DNA of 64,000 bases from an uncultured beta proteobacterium (GTDB lineage: Bacteria; Pseudomonadota; Gammaproteobacteria; Burkholderiales; SG8-39), in NCBI GenBank assembly GCA_903928055.1, contig CAIYPG010000113.1:128850-192849 (forward strand), written 5' to 3'. How positions within the stretch are numbered: the stretch's first letter is position 1; the number at the start of each line of letters is the position of its first letter. The notes beneath the pieces are model-generated. The model searched no databases. It saw only the letters and a program-made list of their open reading frames with translations, and was not told the origin of the DNA. The position numbers were made by a program, and so were the translations under genes. This document shows positions 25,898 to 35,204 of the stretch, piece after piece.

Positions 25898-27637
25898 CTA
25901 GGCTGTTACCGCCGCCTTGTTCATGGCTGCTGCTTCCGCCCGCTCCCGATACAGCGAATTCCTCACCACGCGACCCGGCAGATTGCCCGTCGGCTTGCCA
26001 TCTTCGATCAGCACCTGCCCGTTGACGATGGTGCACATCACGCCTTCGGCGAGCTGCTTCATGCGCCAGGCGCCGCCGGGAAGGTCGGCGATTTTTTCTT
26101 CGGGCAGGGCGCGGATGGTGTCGGGGTCGAAGATGACGATGTCGGCGGCCATGCCCGGACGGAGCAGGCCACGGTCGTAGATGCCGAAGCCCTGCGCGAG
26201 GTCGAAGGTGAGTTTCTTGACTGCCGCTTCGACGCTCATGATCTTGTGCTTCCGAACCCAGTGTCCCAGGAGGATACTGGAGTAGCCATAGCCGCCGCGG
26301 AACTGCACATGGGCGCCGGAATCGGACAGGCCGATGAGGGCGTTGGGATGGTTGAGGATCTGGCCCATCACCTCGGGGTCGAAGCCGCGGATGCCCTGCA
26401 CGAATTCGGTGTCGAGTTGTTCTTCGACGACGAGATCAAGGAAGGCATCGATGATGCCCTTGCCAGTAGCCGCGCCCAGTTCGCGCGCCGACATGCCTTC
26501 GTATTTCCTGTTCTCTTCCAGCTTGGTCTTCTGCACCCACACCGTGTCGGGCCAGTTCTTGCCGAGAATGGTGTTGCCCTTGATGTCGTTCGGCCAGTCG
26601 ATGAGTTCGTGGTGGACCTTCTTCCGGAACCCGGGGTCCTGATAGGCCTTCATCTTCTCTTCGTCGGGCGCGAGCAGCACGAGGTGCCAGGTCGGCACGC
26701 CGCGGAAGGTCTGGCAATTGTGCATGTTGAAATCGGAGGTGACCGTGAGCGGGCTGCAGGTGGGGTAGGCGCGGATGCCCTTCTTCATGGTCTCGTCGAT
26801 CAGCGCGATGTGCTGCTTCCAGGCTTCGGGGTTCTTCAGCGTCTGGCCGAGCTGGTTGTAGATGAAGGGGCGGCCAGTCTTCTCGGAGAGCCGCGACAGC
26901 AGGCGGGTCTTTTCCTCGATTTCCTTGCCGGAGGCGGCCTGCAGTACGCCGGTGCCCAGTTCGCCCACCACTTCGGCGAGGGCGAACAGTTCTTCCTCCT
27001 TGGCCCAGCACGAAGGCACGCGCGCGCCCTGCGGATCGTAATGGCCGGTGCTGAAGGAAAACGACAGGCCCAGCGCGCCGGCTTCGATGGCTTCCCTGAC
27101 GTGGCCCTTCATCTGCTCGATTTCGCTCGCGGTGGGGTCGCGGCCCTGGCTCTCGTCGCGCATGACGTAGTGGCGGATCGGCGTGTGGCCGACAATGGCG
27201 CCGACGTTCACGCCGAGGCGCTTGTCGATGGTGTCGAGATATTCGCCGAAGGTCTCCCAGGTCATGTTCACGGTCTTCAGCGTGTCCATGGGGATGGCTT
27301 CAACGTAGGAGAGGAATTCCGCGACGCGCTCGCCGGTACCGGGGCGAACTGGCGCAATGCCAAGTGAACAGTTGCCGAAGACCACGGTGGTGGCGCCGTG
27401 ATAGCAGGAATAGGTGCAGAGCGGGTCCCAGGTGACCTGCGCATCGAAGTGGGTGTGCGAGTCGATGAAGCCGGGGGCCACGACCTGGCCCCTGGCATCG
27501 ATGGTGCGCTTGGCGTCGCCGCGCAGCTTGCCGATGTCGGCGATCTTGCCGTTGCGGATGCCGATGTCGGCACTGAAGGCGGGCATGCCCGAACCGTCGA
27601 CGACGCGCCCGTTCTTGATCAACAAGTCGTAAGCCAT
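25898..27637 (-). CDS. N-acyl-D-amino-acid deacylase (D-aminoacylase) family amidohydrolase
   Basis: Trimmed to 'MAYDLLIKNGRVVDGSGMPAFSADIGIRNGKIADIG...VVAPGFIDSHTHFD' (AAGGAGAGG upstream). The HxH metal motif and length (579 aa) fit the family. Confidence 0.85.
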   Translation of the reverse strand: MAYDLLIKNGRVVDGSGMPAFSADIGIRNGKIADIGKLRGDAKRTIDARGQVVAPGFIDSHTHFDAQVTWDPLCTYSCYHGATTVVFGNCSLGIAPVRPGTGERVAEFLSYVEAIPMDTLKTVNMTWETFGEYLDTIDKRLGVNVGAIVGHTPIRHYVMRDESQGRDPTASEIEQMKGHVREAIEAGALGLSFSFSTGHYDPQGARVPSCWAKEEELFALAEVVGELGTGVLQAASGKEIEEKTRLLSRLSEKTGRPFIYNQLGQTLKNPEAWKQHIALIDETMKKGIRAYPTCSPLTVTSDFNMHNCQTFRGVPTWHLVLLAPDEEKMKAYQDPGFRKKVHHELIDWPNDIKGNTILGKNWPDTVWVQKTKLEENRKYEGMSARELGAATGKGIIDAFLDLVVEEQLDTEFVQGIRGFDPEVMGQILNHPNALIGLSDSGAHVQFRGGYGYSSILLGHWVRKHKIMSVEAAVKKLTFDLAQGFGIYDRGLLRPGMAADIVIFDPDTIRALPEEKIADLPGGAWRMKQLAEGVMCTIVNGQVLIEDGKPTGNLPGRVVRNSLYRERAEAAAMNKAAVTA

Positions 27638-27826
27638 GGACCTCTCCTTTGGATGCACGGGGCTCTTCTTCGAGAACTGTCCGTGATTGTGGAACGCGGG
27701 ATGAGAAGCGTTCAGTTTAACGCCATGGGGGAAAAGCCGTGCGGCCCGATCGCGGGCGAGGGGCGGGGCTGGGGAGGGCGGGGCGGGCCGCTTGATTTTT
27801 ACCGGGGTGCCGCCATAATTCACCCC

Positions 27827-28069
27827 ATGCCTATCTACGAATATCAATGCAAGGGTTGCGGCCGCGATTTCGAGGCGCTGGTGCGTTCATCCACCCGCGT
27901 CGAATGCCCGCACTGCCAGTCAACGACACTGGAAAAGAAGCTGTCGGCGTTTTCCACGCCGACCTCGGCTTCCACGGGCGTGAGCTCGTGTGGCGCGCCG
28001 GTTGCTCCCGGCGGTGGTGGCGGCTGCGGCGCCTGCGGGATGCCGGGCAACGCCTGCGCGTTTCACTAG
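27827..28069 (+). CDS. FmdB family zinc-ribbon protein
   Basis: 80 aa. 'MPIYEYQCKGCGRDFEALV...CPHCQS' followed by a Gly/Cys-rich tail. It is embedded in spurious track ORF 27398..28069. Confidence 0.8.
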   Translation: MPIYEYQCKGCGRDFEALVRSSTRVECPHCQSTTLEKKLSAFSTPTSASTGVSSCGAPVAPGGGGGCGACGMPGNACAFH

Positions 28070-28119
28070 TCCGACTCCTGACCGCTTGATCACCGGCTGC
28101 AGCCGGTGCGCTGCGCTTT

Positions 28120-28500
28120 TCAGCGCTGCGGGTTCTTGCCTTTCATCTGGTCGATTTTCATGAACTGCTGTTTGGCGAGGGCCACTAGTTGGGCCTCGGT
28201 CGGCGCATCCACGATTTCCCATCCGACAATGTGCTTCGAAAGCGCGGGGCGGTGCTTCTCGACGTAGTGGCGGAAGTCTGACTGTGCCGTATGCGAACTG
28301 GCGATCAGCACTTCCGGAATATTCGCAAGCGCGGCACAAATTTCGCCAAAAAATTCATGCTCGGTGCGTACCGTGCTGCCGTGCTGGCGGGTGTGGAGGG
28401 TGTGTGCCTTGATCTTGTGGGATTCGGCATGGGTTTCATCGAATTCAATGATCTGCGCATTCTGGTGGTCGATCCGGGCGATGGCGCGGGCGAGGGTCAT
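28120..28500 (-). CDS. Hypothetical protein (resembles, from memory, the small family sometimes annotated as translational machinery or host-attachment-like protein)
   Basis: Trimmed to 'MTLARAIARIDHQNAQIIEF...' (AGGAG 7 nt upstream). His-rich middle region. 'VLIASSHTAQSDFRHYVEKH...IVGWEIVDAPTEAQLVALAKQQF'. The function is not established. Confidence 0.5.
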   Translation of the reverse strand: MTLARAIARIDHQNAQIIEFDETHAESHKIKAHTLHTRQHGSTVRTEHEFFGEICAALANIPEVLIASSHTAQSDFRHYVEKHRPALSKHIVGWEIVDAPTEAQLVALAKQQFMKIDQMKGKNPQR

Positions 28501-28729
28501 GGTGCTGCTCCTGAGAGGTGAAAGTTGCGGGGCGTTCGGAAAGTCGAACGCATGGTTCATGGTCGGACAATTCAGCATTGCAGGCTTTGACCGGGATCAA
28601 GGGTGGCGACCGTGGCAAGCGTCGGGGATAGGATTACACTTGCGCCGTTTCACCAACGCTCACGGTCTGCAGAGGGGTGCAGTCCCCGCAAAATTCCGGC
28701 AACATCGTGCGGAACAAAAAGGAGACGCA

Positions 28730-29743
28730 ATGAAATTTTCACACAAGGTATCGGGTTCTGGCTTGAAGGGCGCGTGGCGCCTTCCGTTCGCACTGGCAGC
28801 GTTTGCGCTGCTGGCTTCAGCGTCGGTGAGTGTGCAGGCCCAGCAGTATCCGAACCGGCCGATCCGGCTGGTCATTCCCTATCCGCCCGGCGGCTCCACC
28901 GACATCATCGGCCGCGCCGTTGCAAACAAGCTTGGCGAATATCTCGGACAGTCGGTGCTGGCCGATAACCGCCCTGGCGCGAACACGATTGTCGGTGCGG
29001 AAATCGTCGCCAAGTCGCAGCCGGATGGCTACTCGCTGCTGTTCGCGACATTGAGCACGATGGTGCTGAACCCGGCCACCTATGCGAAGCTGCCCTATGA
29101 CCCGCTCAAGGATTTCGCCCCGGTGGCCAAGCTGAGCGAATACCCCTACTACTACGTTGTCCGCAACAATTTCCCGCCGAAGACGATCAAGGAACTGGTG
29201 GAATATGCCAAGGCGAATCCGGGCAAGGTGAGTTACGGTTCCACCGGCAACGGCTCGCCGGCGCATTTTGGCGGCGTGATGCTGGAGAACGCAACGGGCA
29301 TCAAGATGATTCACGTGCCCTATCAGGGCAATGCGCCTGCGAACACCGACATGATGGGCGATCGCCTCGATATCAACCTGACCGGATTGGCTTCCATCGA
29401 GTCCCTGGTGAAGGCGGGCAAGATGCGGCTGATGGCGGTGGCCGGTTATGTGCGCGATCCGCGCATGCCGGATGTGCCGACGGTGATTGAAGCCGGCTTC
29501 AAGGACTACTGGGTGGGCACGTGGTTTTCCATCGTGACGAAATCGGGCACGCCGCGCCCCATCATCCTCAAGCTCAACACCGAGATCAATCGCGTTCTCA
29601 GGGCGCCTGATGTGGCCAAGCCATTGACGGCCCAGGGCTATGACCTCGCGCAAGGCACGCCCGAGGACCTGGGCAACCTGATCAAGAAGGAGCTTCCGCG
29701 CTGGGTCAAGGCAGCGAAGGACGGCAACATCAAATTTGATTGA
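28730..29743 (+). CDS. Bug family substrate-binding protein (TctC-like)
   Basis: Trimmed to 'MKFSHKVSGSGLKGAWRLPFALAAFALLASASVSVQAQ' (AAAAGGAGA upstream). Hallmark 'YPNRPIRLVIPYPPGGSTD'. Confidence 0.85.
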   Translation: MKFSHKVSGSGLKGAWRLPFALAAFALLASASVSVQAQQYPNRPIRLVIPYPPGGSTDIIGRAVANKLGEYLGQSVLADNRPGANTIVGAEIVAKSQPDGYSLLFATLSTMVLNPATYAKLPYDPLKDFAPVAKLSEYPYYYVVRNNFPPKTIKELVEYAKANPGKVSYGSTGNGSPAHFGGVMLENATGIKMIHVPYQGNAPANTDMMGDRLDINLTGLASIESLVKAGKMRLMAVAGYVRDPRMPDVPTVIEAGFKDYWVGTWFSIVTKSGTPRPIILKLNTEINRVLRAPDVAKPLTAQGYDLAQGTPEDLGNLIKKELPRWVKAAKDGNIKFD

Positions 29744-29832
29744 TCGCCACGTTCGGTCTGGCCTTGGCCAGATCTGAGGTGAGCTTCAAAACGGCCCGGG
29801 CGCCATGCGCTGCGGGCCGTTTGCTTTGGCGC

Positions 29833-30243
29833 TTAAAGGTTGTATTGCTGCTCGATGCCGGCGAACAGCCGGCAGCCGGTGGCGAATTCGCCGGCACTGT
29901 CAGGGCAGTCGGCCGGGTCCGTGATGCCGCGCTCTTCGGCCCAGCGATAGCCGGCGAGATCGATGGCGCAGTTGTCCTGCTGGCAGGGTTTGCCCATGAA
30001 CGTGGGTTGCGCGGTCTTCTGTGCCTGTGGTTCGCCAATGACGTCGGCGACCTCCGCGGGGCGCGCCGGGGCATCCGAATCATGTACGGGTTCCAAACTT
30101 GTCGCGGCGGCCAATGTGGTCACGGCGACGGGTTCGGGAGCGGCAGTCACATCTTCAGGATCGACCCCCAATCCCAGGGTGTGGAGCTTCCACAACACGA
30201 ACAACATCGTGGCGACGCCCAGCAGGTGATAAAGCGGTTTCAA
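29833..30243 (-). CDS. Hypothetical membrane-anchored, Cys-containing protein
   Basis: TTG at 30243 preceded by GGAG; the ATG at 30207 is an alternative start. One TM helix 'LYHLLGVATMLFVLWKLH'. C-terminal part 'KPCQQDNCAIDLAGYRWAEERGITDPADCPDSAGEFATGC'. No family recognised. Confidence 0.4.
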   Translation of the reverse strand: MKPLYHLLGVATMLFVLWKLHTLGLGVDPEDVTAAPEPVAVTTLAAATSLEPVHDSDAPARPAEVADVIGEPQAQKTAQPTFMGKPCQQDNCAIDLAGYRWAEERGITDPADCPDSAGEFATGCRLFAGIEQQYNL

Positions 30244-30366
30244 GTCTTTCTCCGGAACAGTTTTGTCGCATCTGCAGGATATCAAAATGCCCGGCCCGGA
30301 ACGGGCGTCTGCGGGGGGGGCGTCAGCGTGGCGCAAGGCTGGCCACGCTGACGGGTGGTCCCGCAC

Positions 30367-31338
30367 TCAGTCGGTTGCCTTCAGGCCGATATCCTTGATC
30401 ACCTTGGTCCATTTCACCAGTTCGCCCTTGATGAAGGCGGTGAGTTCGGCGGGTGTCATGCGCGAGGGGTCTGCGCCCAGGGCCTTGAGTTTTTCCACGG
30501 CATCGCGCTCGTGCATGCCGCGTACTACTTCCTGGTTGAGCTGGGTGACGATACCGGCCGGTGTGCCGGTCGGTGCAAGCAGTCCGTACCAGGACAGGAC
30601 TTCGAAGCCCTTCACGCCGGCTTCTGAAATCGTCGGCACGTCGGGCAGAGCTTCGGATCGCTTCAGGCTGGCCACCCCGAGGGCGCGGATTTTGCCAGCC
30701 TGAATCTGCGGCTGCGCCAGTGCCACACTGGGAAAGGCCGATGTGATGTGACCGCCGAGCAGGTCGTTGCTGGCCGGTGCAGCGCCCTTGTAGGGCACGT
30801 GCGTGAGTTTGATGCCGGCCATGCTGTTCAGCAGTTCGCCGGCAAGGTGCGAGGCGCTGCCGGTGCCGGCGGAGCCGAAGGTCAGTTTGTTGGGCTGCGC
30901 CTTGGCGAGGTCGATCAGTTCGCGCAGGTTCTTCGCCGGCACCGAAGGGTGCACTGCAAACACATTGGCCGACGTGGCCACCATTGCCACGGAGGCAAAA
31001 TCCTTCTCGGTGTCGAAGGCGAGTTTTTCATACATCGCCGGATTGACGGCGTGCGCGAATGCCGGGAGCAGCAGCGTGTATCCGTCCGGTGCTGCCTTGG
31101 CGACGGCTTCTGCGGCGATGTTTCCACCAGCCCCGGGCCGTGCTTCCACAAGGACCGGCTGCCCCCATTTGTCGGACAGTTTCTGGCCTACGAGCCGCGC
31201 CGCCACTTCGGTGGGGCCGCCGGCGGCGAAGCCGACGATGATGCGGATCGGTTTGGTCGGATATTGCTGGGCGAATGCCGCGGATGAAACAAGCAGCAGT
31301 GAAACAATCTGCGCAATGCGTCGGAGGGTGGGGGACAT
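30367..31338 (-). CDS. Bug family substrate-binding protein (TctC-like)
   Basis: 323 aa. AAGGAA upstream. Signal peptide 'MSPTLRRIAQIVSLLLVSSAAFAQ'. Hallmark 'YPTKPIRIIVGFAAGGPTE'. Confidence 0.85.
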   Translation of the reverse strand: MSPTLRRIAQIVSLLLVSSAAFAQQYPTKPIRIIVGFAAGGPTEVAARLVGQKLSDKWGQPVLVEARPGAGGNIAAEAVAKAAPDGYTLLLPAFAHAVNPAMYEKLAFDTEKDFASVAMVATSANVFAVHPSVPAKNLRELIDLAKAQPNKLTFGSAGTGSASHLAGELLNSMAGIKLTHVPYKGAAPASNDLLGGHITSAFPSVALAQPQIQAGKIRALGVASLKRSEALPDVPTISEAGVKGFEVLSWYGLLAPTGTPAGIVTQLNQEVVRGMHERDAVEKLKALGADPSRMTPAELTAFIKGELVKWTKVIKDIGLKATD

Positions 31339-31467
31339 GTGAATTCCTTCGGATAGGTTGCAGGCACGTGGGATATGGAACGGCGACGCGCACGGCGCAG
31401 CACTTTTTTGCGGAGAAATTATATGCCCGATTGTGTGCTTCGATTCCGGCTGCGACGCGAGGTCGGG

Positions 31468-32220
31468 TCAGCCGCCGAGTACTGCGCGCAACGTGGCGAA
31501 TATCGCCTCGGCTTTGGCTGGTTTGGAGAGATAGGCGTCGGCCCCGAGGGCAATCCCGCTCTCCAGATCTTCGGGTTCGGAGTGTCCCGAGAAGATGACC
31601 ACCGGCAGTTGACGCAGGTCCGGGTGGGCGCGGATCTTGGCGAGGATCTTGAAGCCGCCGATGCCGCCGGGCAGTTCAAGGTCCAGGATGACCGCATCCG
31701 GCAACGGACGCGCCTGCAGTGCCGCAACAAAGGTCTTCACATCGTTGGCCATGCGCACCTTGTAGCCCATGCCGCGCGACAGGATCATGCCGAGCGTGAT
31801 GCGCGTGGTGTTGTCATCTTCGACGATCAGGATCGTGGTTTTTGCCGGATCGACGGTGCGTTTGGGGCGCGCTCGCGCAATGTTGACGTAATAGTTTTCC
31901 TTCGCGAGCGAATTTACTCCGACGAGCAATTCCGCCGGCACAGGGCGCGGCCTGGGTGGCGCCGCGGGAGTCGAGGGGGCCGGGTGCGCTGCCTGAGACG
32001 CTGCCGGTAGTGACGCAGGACGGGGCGGTGGTGATGCCGGAGATGGCTTTGTTGCAGTGGGAGTTTGCAGGGGCTGTGATGGCGCAGCCGGCTTTGCCGC
32101 AGGCGCCGGCACGGGCGGCGGCGAGGGTTTCAGATCCGCGAGGGTGAATACTCCCGTGAAATCGAGGTCAATCGCTCCCGGCGTCCTTGCGTCGGGCATT
32201 TTTTCGGGGGTGTCTGGCAT
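31468..32220 (-). CDS. Single-domain response regulator (CheY-like receiver) with ~120-aa Pro/Ala-rich N-terminal extension
   Basis: Receiver domain 'ILIVEDDNTTR...AVILDLELPGGIGG...VVIFSGH...ADAYLSKP', carrying the acidic pocket, the phospho-acceptor Asp and the conserved Lys. The N-terminus 'PSPPPVPAPAAKPAAPSQPLQTPTATKPSPASPPPRPASLP...' is low-complexity. No output domain. Confidence 0.75.
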   Translation of the reverse strand: MPDTPEKMPDARTPGAIDLDFTGVFTLADLKPSPPPVPAPAAKPAAPSQPLQTPTATKPSPASPPPRPASLPAASQAAHPAPSTPAAPPRPRPVPAELLVGVNSLAKENYYVNIARARPKRTVDPAKTTILIVEDDNTTRITLGMILSRGMGYKVRMANDVKTFVAALQARPLPDAVILDLELPGGIGGFKILAKIRAHPDLRQLPVVIFSGHSEPEDLESGIALGADAYLSKPAKAEAIFATLRAVLGG

Positions 32221-32286
32221 GGGCGCATTTTCTCATACCGCCGCCGAACTTCATTACGGCTGGATGAGCCTGTCCGCCTGTACTGC

Positions 32287-33210
32287 TCAGCGCCATTCGA
32301 TGACCATGCGGCGCCCGTCTTCAAGCGGCACGATCAGCGTCGCGGGAGGAAGCATCTCAAAATTGCCTGCGGCTCTTGCGGGGAGGTAAATGCGGGAAAA
32401 TTCCAGCGGCGCCTTTTCGTCAAAGGCAAGGGCGTGAATGGATCGCCGGTCTGTTGCCGGAACGATGACGTCCGGATGTCCGTCGCCGTTGGCATCCATC
32501 AGTGCTGACATGCCTTGGTCGCGTGAACCCATGACGTGGTTGGTCACACCGCTGATGAGATGGCCTTGCACCAAAGTGCCTTCAACGAGGTTGTATTCGA
32601 TCAGGGTGCCATTTGAGTGGGGCGTGAGGACGACCAGAATTTCCATGCGTCCATCTCCGTCCACGTCGGCCACGCCAACCGGATTGAGCCACTGGCCGGG
32701 CTGGTCCAGCGGGACAGACTCGGCCAACGGCATCAATTTTCCGGCGCGGATGCCGAGCAACATCAGCGATGAGCCTGTGTGCAGGCGGCTGCGTACGAGG
32801 ATGACTTCATCATGGCCGTCTCCATTGAGGTCATGCACGCGCGGGATCAAATCCTCGAATACCGAGTCATCGGGCAGCGCATAACTGAGCATTGCGCCAC
32901 CACGGGTGCGCACAGTGAGCACGCTGGTTTCCGGAACGTCACCGAGCGCGCCGTGAGAGATGCGTGTTTGCGAGGTGCTCAGCCATGCCTGTGCAATGTC
33001 ATTGCTGCCGTGACTGGCGGGCAGGTCGGATTGCAGCGCGGGACCGATTGCAGGCGAATCAGCTGCCGGCATCAGGTGCACGGCCTTTTGGGCGAAACTG
33101 GGGGAGCAGAGCAGGCCAGTCAGGATGAACGCCAGCAACAGTGTGCGCAAGCTTGAAAGTCCACGTGCCCCGTTTGTCGCGCAGCAGGGTGGGAGTGGTG
33201 AAGGGCGCAT
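32287..33210 (-). CDS. Secreted FG-GAP/VCBS repeat protein
   Basis: Ca-binding-type repeats 'DLNGDGHDEVILV', 'DVDGDGRMEILVV' and 'DANGDGHPDVIVP'. Signal-like N-terminus 'LRTLLLAFILTGLLCSPSFAQ'. The start (33210 versus 33273) is uncertain because neither has a clear SD. Confidence 0.65.
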   Translation of the reverse strand: MRPSPLPPCCATNGARGLSSLRTLLLAFILTGLLCSPSFAQKAVHLMPAADSPAIGPALQSDLPASHGSNDIAQAWLSTSQTRISHGALGDVPETSVLTVRTRGGAMLSYALPDDSVFEDLIPRVHDLNGDGHDEVILVRSRLHTGSSLMLLGIRAGKLMPLAESVPLDQPGQWLNPVGVADVDGDGRMEILVVLTPHSNGTLIEYNLVEGTLVQGHLISGVTNHVMGSRDQGMSALMDANGDGHPDVIVPATDRRSIHALAFDEKAPLEFSRIYLPARAAGNFEMLPPATLIVPLEDGRRMVIEWR

Positions 33211-33405
33211 GTCTATATGTTGAACGACAATGGGAAATGCTCTCCCATCGCTTGCCGCACCGGATTGATGCATGTCAAGAGACCGTTATTCCATGGACTG
33301 CCCCTTGGATTTGATTCAGATATTCAGGCACTATTCCCGCCTGCGCGTCCGCGGGACGCCGTGTGCAACCTGTTTCGCACGAATCGATCTCACTGGTGAA
33401 CTGCC

Positions 33406-33972
33406 ATCGAAACCTTTCTTGTATCCACCCTCGTCGTCGCCATCGGAGAAATCGGCGACAAGACCCAGTTGCTTGCGCTCATGCTCGCCGCGCGTTTTCG
33501 CCGCCCCTGGCCGATCTGCGCCGGCATTCTGTGTGCAACGCTGTTCAACCACGGCCTTGCAGGCCTGCTCGGCGGCTGGATACGGTCCATGATGGATCCG
33601 CTGGTGCTGCGCTGGGCGCTGGGCATTTCCTTCCTGGCGATTGCCGCCTGGGCGATAAAACCGGATACCCTCGATGAAAAGGATGCAAATCCGCTCAGCG
33701 GTTATGGCGTGTTTGCGGTGACGCTGGTGGCCTTCTTCCTCGCCGAGATCGGTGACAAGACCCAGGCAGCCACGATTGCCCTGGCCGCGCGTTACGACAA
33801 CCTGGCTCTGGTTGTCGGTGGCACCACGTTCGGGATGCTGATTGCGGATGTGCCAGCGGTGCTGCTGGGTGGGCACGCATCGCTGAAACTGCCGTTCAAG
33901 GCCATCCGTTATGTGGCCGCTGCACTGTTCGCGTTGATTGGCGTGGCGATCCTCGCCGGATTTTCAGTGTGA
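33406..33972 (+). CDS. UPF0016 (GDT1/TMEM165) family cation transporter; canonical start codon missing
   Basis: The family motif occurs twice: 'EIGDKTQLLAL' and 'EIGDKTQAATIAL'. The first copy lies upstream of the first canonical start (TTG at 33469) and downstream of an in-frame TGA at 33397. An ATC at 33406 occupies the place of the family's usual Met ('IETFLVSTLVVAIGEIGDKTQ'). Confidence 0.6.
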   Translation: METFLVSTLVVAIGEIGDKTQLLALMLAARFRRPWPICAGILCATLFNHGLAGLLGGWIRSMMDPLVLRWALGISFLAIAAWAIKPDTLDEKDANPLSGYGVFAVTLVAFFLAEIGDKTQAATIALAARYDNLALVVGGTTFGMLIADVPAVLLGGHASLKLPFKAIRYVAAALFALIGVAILAGFSV

Positions 33973-34023
33973 TCGCGGACGCTGCTTGAGTCGCTGAATG
34001 CAGCGGCACGCCGCCTGCTTTGC

Positions 34024-35025
34024 TTACTGTTCCATCGTGATGCCGGTTTCCTTTACCAACCGGCGGGTGATGTTGATTTCCTCAATGACCCACTGGCGCA
34101 GTTCATCCGGTGTGCTGCCGATCATCTGCCAGCCTTCTTCACCGAAGCGCTGGACAATCTCGGGGGCCCGGGCGACTTTGGCCATTTCCAAGCTCAGCTT
34201 GTTGACGATGGCAGCCGGCGTTCCGGCCGGTGCCCACATGGCACCCCAGCCCGAGAATTCGAAGCCGGGCACGCCTGATTCGATCACTGTGGGCACCTCG
34301 GGCAGCAGACGCAGGCGCTCGCGCCCCGTCGTCGCCAGCACGCGCAGTTTCCCGGCTTTCATCTGCGAGACGATGAGCGTGGGCAGCGTAATGGCGGCGT
34401 CCACCCGCCCTGCCACCATGTCCAGCGTCATCTGCCCCGTGCCCTTGTAATGCACGAAAGTAGGTGTGGCCCCGATCAGGTTGTAGAAATAGGCAGCGCG
34501 CAGGTGTGGTGAGCCGCCGGCACCTGAGGTGGCGTGGTTCACCTTGCCCGGCGCGGAACGGGCATAGGCGATGAATTCCTTGACGTTCTTTACGGGCAAT
34601 GCGGGATGGACTACGAGCAGGCTGGATTTTTTGGTCATGAGCGAAACCGACGCGAGATCCTTGATTGGATCGTAGGGCAGTTCGGGATAGAGCGAAGGCA
34701 GGGCGGCATAGCTGCTGGTCGATCCGAGCACGGTGTAGCCATCCGGCACCGCCTTGGCCACAAAGGCGGTTCCCACCATGGAACCCGCGCCTGCCTTGTA
34801 GTCCAGGATGAATTGCTTGCCGGTGTTCTCGATCAGCTTTTGCGCATAGGGCCGGAACTCGAACTCGGTTGATCCGCCGGTAGCGAAGGGAATGATGATG
34901 GTGACCGGGCGGGACGGATAGTTGTCCGCCGCGCCTTGTGCGGCGGCACCGCCGATGTGCAGGGCGAGGGCGACGATGCCGAATACGACATAAGGTGTGA
35001 TGCGATGCGATGCGGGATGGCGCAT
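34024..35025 (-). CDS. Bug family substrate-binding protein (TctC-like)
   Basis: 333 aa. AGGAGG upstream. Hallmark 'YPSRPVTIIIPFATGGSTE'. Confidence 0.85.
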   Translation of the reverse strand: MRHPASHRITPYVVFGIVALALHIGGAAAQGAADNYPSRPVTIIIPFATGGSTEFEFRPYAQKLIENTGKQFILDYKAGAGSMVGTAFVAKAVPDGYTVLGSTSSYAALPSLYPELPYDPIKDLASVSLMTKKSSLLVVHPALPVKNVKEFIAYARSAPGKVNHATSGAGGSPHLRAAYFYNLIGATPTFVHYKGTGQMTLDMVAGRVDAAITLPTLIVSQMKAGKLRVLATTGRERLRLLPEVPTVIESGVPGFEFSGWGAMWAPAGTPAAIVNKLSLEMAKVARAPEIVQRFGEEGWQMIGSTPDELRQWVIEEINITRRLVKETGITMEQ

Positions 35026-35204
35026 GAAATCCTCCTTCTGTGGGCTCGGCGGGCTGCCGCCTGTTGTTTTTGCCTGGAAGTGTTTTTGGCGAACGGGCCT
35101 TGACCAGTCTATGGGTTCGAAGGGCGGCGGCCCATACCCCGAGGTGCGAAAGCAGATATGTGCAGCAGTGAAAGCGCTTTGCTCGATCCGTGAGAGTTTC
35201 CCGT

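Noticed and set aside
30313-30320. A G8 homopolymer upstream of, or within the extended frame of, the hypothetical gene 29833..30243, considered as a phase-variation tract.
   Set aside because: A single 8-mer of G or C is within chance expectation for this base composition over 64 kb. It lies outside the best-supported coding start, and nothing else suggests contingency behaviour.
33211-33405. A possible Mn2+ (yybP-ykoY) riboswitch upstream of the UPF0016 transporter.
   Set aside because: I could not find the conserved four-helix junction sequences. Only a short unrelated hairpin and a degenerate ATTCCCGC repeat are present. An Rfam scan would be needed to exclude it formally.
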